Assembly (NCBI GenBank): GCA_048013815.1
Contig: CM106585.1
Coordinates: forward strand, 8,494,001 to 8,558,000
From: Setoptus koraiensis
Taxonomy: Eukaryota; Animalia; Arthropoda
Direction of reading: 5' to 3'
Length of the DNA stretch: 64,000 bases
Below are positions 12,401 through 22,894 of this stretch, piece after piece. The notes under the pieces are model-generated. The model had not been told where the DNA came from. It ran no database searches and saw nothing but the letters and a program-made list of their open reading frames with translations. Within the stretch, counting starts at the first letter, position 1; the number at the start of each line of letters is the position of its first letter. A program made the translations under genes and the position numbers.

Positions 12401-15400
12401 ATCTATAAGATTTCAAGTCTCAACTCCAACACGAAACTTGTTATTGTGAGACTTATGGTTGGACAATTAGAAATATCCGCAGTAGTCGATACTGGGGCTA
12501 CAATATCCTTTATCCCAGCGAAAGGTTTAATCGTTTCCCTATGTAGACCAAGATTGGATAAAGAGAGAGCCAGAGTACAAGCAGTTGATAATACGTGGTT
12601 CGAAGTGGGACACACCGCAGATATACCTATTAGACCCTCAGCACTGAAAATGGATCCAATTATGTCTAAGGTACTCGTGGTGGACGATAGATCTGATGTC
12701 ATTGGACATGATATGATTCTGGGGTTGCCAGACATAAAAGCCTTCGATTTCGTAATGATGAATGTAGACGGTTTGATAACGGTTTTCAAAAATAAACAAG
12801 TCATCGGTCGAGAAGAAGTGCAGCAAAGTCAACCCGACGCTTTGGGAGCCTCTTCTAAAAATCTCGACTTGGCTTTTGACCCATACATTGATGAACGTCG
12901 TAAAGTGCTTAATATAGTCTACAATTTCGAAGAGGTGTTCGTCGAATCAATCGCGACACATATATCCTGCGAACCTATGAAGATAAGTCTCAACAGTAGC
13001 TGGCGCCCTAAACAAAAGTTGAGAAGACACAGTCCAGAGGATATAAGTGAGATGCGAAAGCAAGTTGATCGCCTCCTTGCAGCTGGTATAGTTGAACCCT
13101 CATTCTCAGACTTCTCTTCCAACGCCAGACTGGTGCCGAAAAAGAACGGTCAAAAAAGAATGGTCGTCAACTTTATACCTCTCAATCGAATAACAATTCA
13201 GGACAATTACCCTCTTCCTAGGGTCGAAGACCTATTTTTGTGCCTAAAAGACGCTAAATTCTTCAGTGCTATGGATTGCACTGAAGGATTCTTTCAGATA
13301 CCTCTAAACCGAGATGACTATCATAAGACCGCGTTTCTCACACCTTTCGGCCTATTTCACTATACAAGGTGCCCCTTTGGCCTAACCAATTCGCCTGCAG
13401 TGTTCCAACGTGTGATGAATAATATATTCGAGAAAGAGATCTATAAATCTTGCGTTATATACGTCGACGACATTCTCGTATTCGGATCAACAATTGAGGA
13501 GCACAACGAACGACTAACATCAGTCTTGAGAAAATGCAAGCAGTATAACCTGAAATTGAAATTATCTAAATGCAAATTCCTTCAGCAACAAATTGAGTTC
13601 TTGGGCCACATTATCACGGAGAATCATATTGCACCAGTAAAGGGGAAAACAGACCCAATCTATTCATTGAAACCTTCTAATAAGACAGATATTCAAACAA
13701 TCCTTGGAACCGTCAATTACTATGCCCGATTTATTCCTTCCTATCCAGAAGTAACCGCTCCATTAAGAGAATTAATCAAAGACAATGTACCTTTCATCTG
13801 GTCAGAACAACACATTGATACTCTAATGAATATAAGGAAGTGTCTGGAAAATGCCGAGCCACAAGTCATACCGTCATCAACGGAGCCTAAAATAGTTGAG
13901 CTACTAACAAATGAACGTACCATCGAAGTATCGTGCTATAACAAAGGTTATCAATTAATATCACGTGCTGGTCAGGTCTTAACAACTTCGCAAGTTAATT
14001 ACACGAGCATTGAGAAAACTCTACTGTCTATGATCTTGGCTCACAAAAAGTTTGGTATATTTTTACCTCCGGACAATACCACCTACATTAGTTCATGCAA
14101 AGACATCAACAAAATCCTCGATTTAAACGAGTTACCACCTCGTATAGAGAGACTGATCATTCGTCTCCCACCGAATTTAACTTTAAAGTTTACATTGAGA
14201 GAACCTGACTCGGTATCTTACATCTCAACAAAGTCTGAAGTACCGCCTGAAGAAATTTTCAATACAGATGGGGCCTGCTGCGGTAATGGCACCAAAATGT
14301 GCAAAGCCTCCTGGTCCGTCTGCCCCACATTTAATAAATCTCTCACTAAATCCGGTATTGTCGAAGACCCTAAACCATCTAACCAAGTTGCCGAATTGAG
14401 AGCAGCCATTGAAGCTGTCAGAATAGCTAAGGCCAATAACCTCAAGAATATTGCCATCCGTTCTGACAGTAAGTATGTTGTCAATTCTATCAACAAATGG
14501 ATACCCAACTGGGAAATTAATGGATACAAAGACAGTAAGAATAAGGAAGTCGTCAATGCCAAACTCTTGAGAGAGTTGGCCCACTTATTGAAGGAAATCA
14601 ATGTAAAGTGTTACCATATAAAGGGTCATTCAGGCGATGAGGGAAATGAGTCAGCCGACATACTAGCCAAAGAAACATTAGAAGAACATCTACATAAGTT
14701 ATGCCTCGCTGCACCTATTACGATCAATTCTCTGGACTATGATGAAGAGTATGAGAAACTTAAGGATATTGCCCAGAAAGATCCGGATTCGAATTACAGA
14801 CTCATCAACAACACTCTATACTTCCGCGATGTTCGAGCCAAAGAACCGGATCAGCTAAGATTGTTCTTGCCTACATCCAAAAGAGTGCAAGCTCTGTATA
14901 CTGCACATGATGATATGTTATATGGAGGGCATACAGGTGTAAAAAAGACTCGAGACAAACTTAGGGATGTCTATTGGCCTGGCATGTCAACTGATATTGA
15001 AAGATACATTAAAACATGTGACACATGCCAGCGATACAAAAATCCAAAGACTCTGCCGTATGGATTACTCCAGCCTATTCCTTCATCGGAAATTGGACAA
15101 AGGGTCCATATTGACATAGTCGGCCCACTCACACAGACACAAAATGGCAATCTCTACATTCTGACCGGAGTAGACGCCTTTTCAAGGTTTGGTTTTGCAC
15201 GCGCCGTCTCTAGGATAAGATCAATCGAGATCGAGGACTTCATCAATGAAGAAATAGTTGCAAAACACGGCCCACCTGCTGCCATAGCATCGGATAATGG
15301 AAAACAACTTGTTTCAAAACAGATTCTGGACTACATGGAAAAGTATAAAATTGAAGCTTTTCATACGTGCCCGTATTGGCCTCAAGCCAACGGCATGGAT

Positions 15401-17047
15401 GAACGTTTTAACGGAACTCTTGTCAAAATACTACGCACATACGTAGACGCTCACCAACTCAATTGGGACAAGATGTTAATTTATGCTCTTTTCAATTATA
15501 ACACTACTACTAATCAATCTACCAAGTATAGTCCTTATATTTTAATGTACGGTTTTGAACCGAGACATCCTCTAAAAGAACCAGCGACCATCAATACAGA
15601 GGAAATCGTACCTCTACTCACAGAGAGCCGGGATTGGGTCCGACGGAATGCTAAAGACAACATTGAAAGTGCCCAAATGATCCACAAATATTACTACGAC
15701 CGTAAGCACCAAGAACAGGACTTCAAGATCGGCGATCTTGTCCTACTAAAAACTCATGCAGTGCCCAGTAACTTATGCAAAAAGTTAGCGCACCGATGGT
15801 CTGGTCCGTATGTAGTTGTGAAATTCATCATTAAAGATGGTCAAAAGAGAGCCTTGTTGATTGGTGATCTCACCAATTTTACGATGAAAAGAGCCCCCTT
15901 TGGGGAAGTAAAACATTATCATGTTCGTAGAGATGAGAATGAAACTGATGAAGATTTAGCAGTTTACTACAATAACCTGCATAGAGAATCCTCGCCTATG
16001 CCGGTACTTCAGGTATCGAGTTCTGATCCTGGCCAGATTGGAAACGTACCAGAGGGTAGAGCAGACGGTCAGGTCATTCCTATGCAGACGTTACATAACA
16101 CAACGGTCAGTCCACCTGATGCAGTTGTTCATAATACACATGAACGATCTCTAACACCTGCAGGGTTAGAGTCCATGATACTAAATGATGGCCGAACTCA
16201 TGATCGGTGGCAGGTCTTCACAGACACTGTCCCCATGCAGTTAAATACAACCGGCCAGTCACTCGTTGACAATACGTTAAGCCATGATAATCGATGTCAC
16301 CTACCCAGTGACTCCATGCGATTACATGATAATCGATGTCACCTACCCAGTGACTCCATGCAATCACATGATAATCGATGTCACCCACTTAGTGACTCCA
16401 TGCAACCACATGATAATCGATGTCACCTACTCAATGACTCCATGCAAGCTCATGATAATCGATGTCATCTGAGCAGTGACTCCATGCAATCTCATAATAA
16501 TCAGTCACTCGCTGACAATACCCGAGCTCATGATCGATGTCATCTGATCAATGACTCCATGCAGCCTCATAATAACCAGTCACTCGCTGACAATACCCAA
16601 GCTCATGATCGATGTCATCTGATCAATGACTCCATGCAGCAGAATATTGGACAGTCACCTGTCAATAATATTCCTAACTATAATAATCAATCTCTCCTTC
16701 CGATTGACCCCACTCAACAGAATAATGAGAAAAGTCTGGACAACCGGATAGAACCTGCCGAGTCTACATTGAATTCAGCTCTAGAAAATGATAACGGTAT
16801 CGAAAACATCGTCCCCGACGTAATCAATGATAACGCTAACGAACTGTCCAACAGATTAGAAATTCAAACTGTGGCCGATCCCACAGAAATGAGTATTGTA
16901 ACAGGTAGTCAAGACAATCTTTCCTTACATAATAGTACGCCTACAAGCATACGCTCACCGCGAGCATCGTCGACACCACAACCAACGCGTTATAATTTGA
17001 GAAAAGCAGGCCAGATAAGACTACCCAGAAGATTTAATAATGACTGA
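12356..17047 (+). CDS. pol: Retrotransposon Pol (PR-RT-degenerate RH-second RNase H-IN-C-terminal repeat tail), likely expressed as Gag-Pol by -1 frameshift
   Basis: Protease VDTGA (12488); RT YVDD (13460); intact RNase H D/E/D/H/D at 14267/14393/14465/14627/14657; integrase HHCC from 14906 and D-D(35)-E at 15113/15293/15401; GPY motif about 15800; no internal stops. Confidence 0.95.
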   Translation, partial: FKRTGVLEIRDDSAPIYKISSLNSNTKLVIVRLMVGQLEISAVVDTGATISFIPAKGLIVSLCRPRLDKERARVQAVDNTWFEVGHTADIPIRPSALKMDPIMSKVLVVDDRSDVIGHDMILGLPDIKAFDFVMMNVDGLITVFKNKQVIGREEVQQSQPDALGASSKNLDLAFDPYIDERRKVLNIVYNFEEVFVESIATHISCEPMKISLNSSWRPKQKLRRHSPEDISEMRKQVDRLLAAGIVEPSFSDFSSNARLVPKKNGQKRMVVNFIPLNRITIQDNYPLPRVEDLFLCLKDAKFFSAMDCTEGFFQIPLNRDDYHKTAFLTPFGLFHYTRCPFGLTNSPAVFQRVMNNIFEKEIYKSCVIYVDDILVFGSTIEEHNERLTSVLRKCKQYNLKLKLSKCKFLQQQIEFLGHIITENHIAPVKGKTDPIYSLKPSNKTDIQTILGTVNYYARFIPSYPEVTAPLRELIKDNVPFIWSEQHIDTLMNIRKCLENAEPQVIPSSTEPKIVELLTNERTIEVSCYNKGYQLISRAGQVLTTSQVNYTSIEKTLLSMILAHKKFGIFLPPDNTTYISSCKDINKILDLNELPPRIERLIIRLPPNLTLKFTLREPDSVSYISTKSEVPPEEIFNTDGACCGNGTKMCKASWSVCPTFNKSLTKSGIVEDPKPSNQVAELRAAIEAVRIAKANNLKNIAIRSDSKYVVNSINKWIPNWEINGYKDSKNKEVVNAKLLRELAHLLKEINVKCYHIKGHSGDEGNESADILAKETLEEHLHKLCLAAPITINSLDYDEEYEKLKDIAQKDPDSNYRLINNTLYFRDVRAKEPDQLRLFLPTSKRVQALYTAHDDMLYGGHTGVKKTRDKLRDVYWPGMSTDIERYIKTCDTCQRYKNPKTLPYGLLQPIPSSEIGQRVHIDIVGPLTQTQNGNLYILTGVDAFSRFGFARAVSRIRSIEIEDFINEEIVAKHGPPAAIASDNGKQLVSKQILDYMEKYKIEAFHTCPYWPQANGMDERFNGTLVKILRTYVDAHQLNWDKMLIYALFNYNTTTNQSTKYSPYILMYGFEPRHPLKEPATINTEEIVPLLTESRDWVRRNAKDNIESAQMIHKYYYDRKHQEQDFKIGDLVLLKTHAVPSNLCKKLAHRWSGPYVVVKFIIKDGQKRALLIGDLTNFTMKRAPFGEVKHYHVRRDENETDEDLAVYYNNLHRESSPMPVLQVSSSDPGQIGNVPEGRADGQVIPMQTLHNTTVSPPDAVVHNTHERSLTPAGLESMILNDGRTHDRWQVFTDTVPMQLNTTGQSLVDNTLSHDNRCHLPSDSMRLHDNRCHLPSDSMQSHDNRCHPLSDSMQPHDNRCHLLNDSMQAHDNRCHLSSDSMQSHNNQSLADNTRAHDRCHLINDSMQPHNNQSLADNTQAHDRCHLINDSMQQNIGQSPVNNIPNYNNQSLLPIDPTQQNNEKSLDNRIEPAESTLNSALENDNGIENIVPDVINDNANELSNRLEIQTVADPTEMSIVTGSQDNLSLHNSTPTSIRSPRASSTPQPTRYNLRKAGQIRLPRRFNND
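16283..16642 (+). repeat. In-frame coding minisatellite in the pol tail: 5 x 42 bp, then 2 x 75 bp higher-order units
   Basis: Unit CATGATAATCGATGTCACCTACCCAGTGACTCCATGCAATCA encodes HDNRCHLxSDSMQx. It is followed by two alternating 36+39-bp units (HNNQSLADNTxA / HDRCHLINDSMQx). Confidence 0.92.
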
Positions 17048-17133
17048 CCATCCTATCATCTATCTACTCAATATGCCATTAATACTTACATTGAAAGAGA
17101 CTAATAATGCATAATTCTTCGATGAAACTCTAT

Positions 17134-17139
17134 TTTATT
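17134..17139 (-). promoter_or_regulatory. Candidate polyadenylation signal (AATAAA) for the antisense ORF
   Basis: TTTATT on the + strand, 22 nt past the stop of the 710-aa minus-strand ORF, in the AT-rich 114-bp spacer between the two convergent stops. Confidence 0.45.
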
Positions 17140-17161
17140 TAATGCTTAAGAACGATTTAAC

Positions 17162-19294
17162 TCAATTGTCCACGAGGACATCTTCTTCTCCCTCTATTTC
17201 GGTTTCACTACCACTCTCATTAGTGACATATCGAACCTTCACAACCTTTCTCGCATCACCTCGGTGCCCCATTCTGATGTGTCTATAAACCGAGCACAAT
17301 GAACTCGAATTGGGAGGTGCCTTGAATCGCTTCGGACAAAACGGACACTGGTCCAAGGCAATCACATAGTGATCAATTGTCGGCACGTTTAATACTGGCA
17401 AGGCATATTGGGACTGGCTGAACCCAGAAGCATTCAACATGCTGTTTGCCTTAGCCCGAGCCAGTATCAAATAGTGGACCATAAAGCTGAGTAAGGCTGA
17501 AGGATAAATTAATTTCTCCGGCAACCTTGGGCACCTGTCCATATAATCCAAAATCGTTGTCAAGGAGACGAACAAGTGCACGACGTCAGGAGCATAGGTT
17601 GAATTGATTATGCTACATTGGAGGTGATGAAATTCAACTGATTCGGGCAAACATTTGGCCAAGGACGCTTCGATGTAATTTCTGACAACATCGTGCTTTT
17701 TCAGCAGGTTGTCCTGGCACAAGCTCAAATATTCCTGATTGGCTCTGTCCAATATTATTTCTACCGGGACACCTTCAAAGTCCTCTTCTTTAATTACAAT
17801 AATTAGTAGAATGAATCTCTCCTTAGGCACCATATCGGTTAAATCAATGTAAGAATCGCGGCCATTAACGTCATCCAATGGAAGGAAACCCAAGTCCAGA
17901 TCAAGTCTCTCGTGGAATGCTCTTTTATAGGATTCAAAGAACGAGTCAACGTCTTGAGGAGAAATCTCTAACTCAACACCGTCATTGGATGGCTTTAACT
18001 CGATGGCTGGAAAGGAGTAGTACTTCGAATATTTATAGTTCTTGATGAGATTGTTCATCAACATTGAATAATCCGTGTTACTTTGAATTGAACTTCCTTG
18101 GGATAACGAAGTAAAGGATAACGTCCGTTCTTGAAACGGGTCCGAGTAATTTTCTCCAGGCATAGGAAATGATGGCGCTGGGGTGGTGTCATCCAGTAAC
18201 TCATCGGTCGGTTCAGGTTGGGTTAAAGGACAACCTAAACTCCTCATTCGAACCGACGAAGACATGCTTTTCTGAGAAGAAGATGTTGAGCACTGAGTGG
18301 AAAAACCTTCCATTAGGTCCATTGCTTCGTTGTCTTTTCGAACTCCTGTAGTCAATGGATCATCGTCAGATTTCACTGAGAGGATATCGGCCGGTTCAAA
18401 TCTTAATACCGTCGCAGGAGCTAATTCGTACATTAGCATCGCTATATAGCCGATATCGTTTTCGCCACAATGTTCAACGGTACCATTATAACGTGAGACG
18501 CTGGCTGTATCTATCTTAAAATCAAGGCAACACTCGAAGTCGAATTTAATATTATGGAAGTCACTTTCATATTCAAAGAAACGCTCATGACCAACCAGAA
18601 GATTCAAGTGGACATGTTTTCCAATGGTTATTACACCGTAAAACCAATGTTGCTGATAATTTAAGATGATGCCACTCTTTAAATTCTGCTTGAAGACAAT
18701 TTTTGGTAATTTCCCTTGGATAATATCGTCAGCGTTGACAAAATGACGCTTATCATGAAGTAATAATAATGGAAATCGACCACCACATGGAATACCAATG
18801 AACGGATCTCCGGTTCCGATTACCATTGAGGATTCTCCATCGAGGCGTATTGATATTGTACCTACATACTTTTTGAACAATTCGTCTACGGTTGTTCGAG
18901 TCAGGAACTCTAATAATATACCATGGTCGTAACAAAAATTTTGTCCACCGATAATATTGATTATTCCTAATTTGTTCCAGTTGCGAGGCTGACCAATCTG
19001 CTTGGAGATATGGAATAACTCCGGCGACAAAATATACCTGGCATCTTCTCCCATGTAAATAATGAATAATCCTTCGAGACGGTTGGCCTTCTTATCCTTC
19101 ACCATGACGACAGCATATGGTCTTTTGTGGACTCCTCGTCGGCCAAAATAACTTAGTATATCTCCCGACTCTTCAAGCAAATATGACGTCGATGTAGAAA
19201 TTCGAGTCTTCAGTACTCTAAAATTATACAGTCCACGACCTGCCAGGCGGGCTCTCAACATTTTTGTTATTAATACTCGTTTTGCTAGCTCCAT
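17162..19294 (-). CDS. Retrotransposon-borne antisense ORF of unknown function, 710 aa, with C-terminal C2H2-like zinc finger
   Basis: Uninterrupted 2,133-bp ATG-initiated ORF between pol and the 3' LTR, not overlapping pol. Contains CPFC-x18-H-x4-H and an acidic tail. No signal peptide or clear TM anchor seen. Confidence 0.85.
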   Translation of the reverse strand: MELAKRVLITKMLRARLAGRGLYNFRVLKTRISTSTSYLLEESGDILSYFGRRGVHKRPYAVVMVKDKKANRLEGLFIIYMGEDARYILSPELFHISKQIGQPRNWNKLGIINIIGGQNFCYDHGILLEFLTRTTVDELFKKYVGTISIRLDGESSMVIGTGDPFIGIPCGGRFPLLLLHDKRHFVNADDIIQGKLPKIVFKQNLKSGIILNYQQHWFYGVITIGKHVHLNLLVGHERFFEYESDFHNIKFDFECCLDFKIDTASVSRYNGTVEHCGENDIGYIAMLMYELAPATVLRFEPADILSVKSDDDPLTTGVRKDNEAMDLMEGFSTQCSTSSSQKSMSSSVRMRSLGCPLTQPEPTDELLDDTTPAPSFPMPGENYSDPFQERTLSFTSLSQGSSIQSNTDYSMLMNNLIKNYKYSKYYSFPAIELKPSNDGVELEISPQDVDSFFESYKRAFHERLDLDLGFLPLDDVNGRDSYIDLTDMVPKERFILLIIVIKEEDFEGVPVEIILDRANQEYLSLCQDNLLKKHDVVRNYIEASLAKCLPESVEFHHLQCSIINSTYAPDVVHLFVSLTTILDYMDRCPRLPEKLIYPSALLSFMVHYLILARAKANSMLNASGFSQSQYALPVLNVPTIDHYVIALDQCPFCPKRFKAPPNSSSLCSVYRHIRMGHRGDARKVVKVRYVTNESGSETEIEGEEDVLVDN

Positions 19295-19569
19295 TTATAA
19301 TTAATATTGGATAGACTCTCTTGGAATGGATTGATATGGATGAACGAATGATTTAAATCACGAAAATCGGATATGCGTTGTGAATTTAATGTAGCAAAAG
19401 ACTGAATGTCCACAGACGCCAGAAAACCGTTATTAACCACTGCACCACGTGGTTAAGATGCCGTACAAGGTTTCCCCAAATTTCTCAAAATAGAGTTTTG
19501 TTGGGGTTTTAGCCCAGTTAAACGGCCATTTCAGGGTATTATCTCGACTCAAAATCGTCGTAGATAATT

Positions 19570-19578
19570 GGGGTGGAA
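19570..19578 (+). promoter_or_regulatory. Polypurine tract (short)
   Basis: GGGGTGGAA immediately before the TG of the 3' LTR. Confidence 0.6.
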
Positions 19579-20021
19579 TGTCATGCCCGTCTACCAATAC
19601 CCGACCGCACACGCCCATTCTCACCCATACCCAGTATCCGCATGATATGAGTACGTGCGGTACTTACATCGATTTCATGTAAGGATGCAATCTATTGATG
19701 TCGAAAACATTGCTACATCATCCCATGCTTAAGTGGACACAAAATGTCCGATTGGTTCATGAGAATTACGTACGCAAAAACACCTTAGTGATATTCGATA
19801 CATTACACATCTAGCTCTCGATCGATACGCACTTAAAAATAAATCTACATTGAAATTAATCAATCACGTAAAATAGAAAATTATTATATTGCAAATTACC
19901 TTAATTAATAGCTGCTAAACACATTTGTCCAATAAGATCATAAAATTCTAAGTACCACTACCCATACGCGGTACCTTTCTATTCACGTCGTACCCGAACT
20001 TCTCTGCTGTTCGGCACGACA
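19579..20021 (+). repeat. 3' LTR (443 bp)
   Basis: Direct repeat of 10732-11174 (437/443 identical), followed by TSD CGTT. Confidence 0.97.
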
Positions 20022-20296
20022 CGTTCACCTAGGACGGCACAGTGAGCATCTATTCATGAATATCGTGATTCGCATACTATATTCACCATCACACATCAAA
20101 ACATATGCGCTCAGAGTGAACAAAATCACGGATTGTCGACGCGCTCACTCCATATGAAATGCACTGCAGTTTATTAGCGAGTATAGCTTGCTCGTCCTTC
20201 AGCAGAAGCCACTCGATCTCTTTATATATCACCAATTCATTTTCATCATTGTCTTTTGATTGATATTATATAATCGGTTTACTATATTTGACGTGA

Positions 20297-21899
<1,603 letters not shown>

Positions 21900-22091
21900 T
21901 CATGTTGATGTGAATAGAATAAATTCTAAATACAAGGTTGTTTCGCTTGCGATCAACATAACCATTGTGGCTTTTATTCAGTTTGGTTCGGTTGGAATAA
22001 AACTAGAAACTACTTTATTATTAATATCTAATCCAAAATGTCGTCTTTGAGTTGAAATAAAACTGTAATCTGATGCAGTAAGAGCATCTAA

Positions 22092-22164
22092 GTTTCCGTA
22101 GTGTAGTGGTTATCACGTGCGCTTCACACGCGCAAGGTCCCCGGTTCGAACCCGGGCGGAAACA
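22092..22164 (+). tRNA. tRNA-Val(CAC)
   Basis: GTTTCCGTAGTGTAGTGGTTATCACGTGCGCTTCACACGCGCAAGGTCCCCGGTTCGAACCCGGGCGGAAACA; cloverleaf with anticodon stem TGCGC/GCGCA around TT-CAC-AC; A and B boxes. Confidence 0.97.
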
Positions 22165-22174
22165 TTTTTTTTTT
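22165..22174 (+). terminator. Pol III oligo-T terminator of tRNA-Val
   Basis: T10 directly after the discriminator base. Confidence 0.85.
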
Positions 22175-22675
22175 GCGCCTGTCTCAAGCTAGTGTTACGC
22201 AACAGCAAAAGAATACAACCTGGAAAAACCCTTATAATCCTAGCATAAATTTCAAATTTGTGCACATGAATTTATAAATATTAACAAATTGTATTGAAAA
22301 GGCAATCGAAGCTAGCTAGACTTTTTTCCTCATTTTACATAGTATGATCACCAATAATTATAGGGTTCTCTATAGACTATTTGAACAATTCACCAACAAA
22401 ATCCGCGATTAATATTGATACACTTGCAGTATCCACAGAGATATAGAATTTTCAATAAAAAAAGTTGGATTCTAAGTATAGGTGAATGCAGTGAGATTGA
22501 AGAGCTCCAAAACTTTCTAACGTCATGCTATTTTTAGAACAACTTCTGCTTGGAGATTAAAGTTTCAATTTGGGATGAAGAAACCGAATCAAGCGATTGA
22601 TTGAATCAAGGGACTTTAGGGAAAATTACTTTGAACTCGAGCACTAAAAATTAAAAAATAAGGTCCAAAAAAGTT

Positions 22676-22747
22676 TGCGTTAGCCGGGAATCGAACCCGG
22701 GTCCCGTGCGTGGCAGGCACGGATCTTAACCACTGGACCACCAACGC
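22676..22747 (-). tRNA. tRNA-Gly(GCC)
   Basis: Reverse complement GCGTTGGTGGTCCAGTGGTTAAGATCCGTGCCTGCCACGCACGGGACCCGGGTTCGATTCCCGGCTAACGCA; anticodon stem CGTGC/GCACG around CT-GCC-AC; T6 terminator at 22667-22672. Confidence 0.95.
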
Positions 22748-22894
22748 AAGACGATAAGAAAGAGTGGATGTCAGGACATTACATTGTCTAAGGCAGAGAC
22801 AGGACAAATGAGCAATATTGTGATATATCTCATGTATTTTTATATTTGAAATTATTTATTTAAACGACATCCGATTCTTAGTAATTCGAATTCG

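Larger units (their letters stand above)
10732..20021 (+). mobile_element. Full-length Ty3/gypsy LTR retrotransposon (9,290 bp) with dual RNase H and a 3' antisense ORF
   Basis: Two 443-bp LTRs with TG...CA ends and 6 mismatches; target-site duplication CGTT at 10728-10731 and 20022-20025; PBS; PPT; intact gag and pol in PR-RT-RH-IN order. Confidence 0.97.

Noticed and set aside
16283-16642. Regular ~42-bp repeats as a possible CRISPR-like array
   Set aside because: The units are contiguous with no unique spacers, are in-frame within pol, and the DNA is eukaryotic.
17162-19294. Antisense ORF as an env gene
   Set aside because: Wrong strand; no signal peptide, furin/fusion-peptide pattern or C-terminal TM anchor visible.
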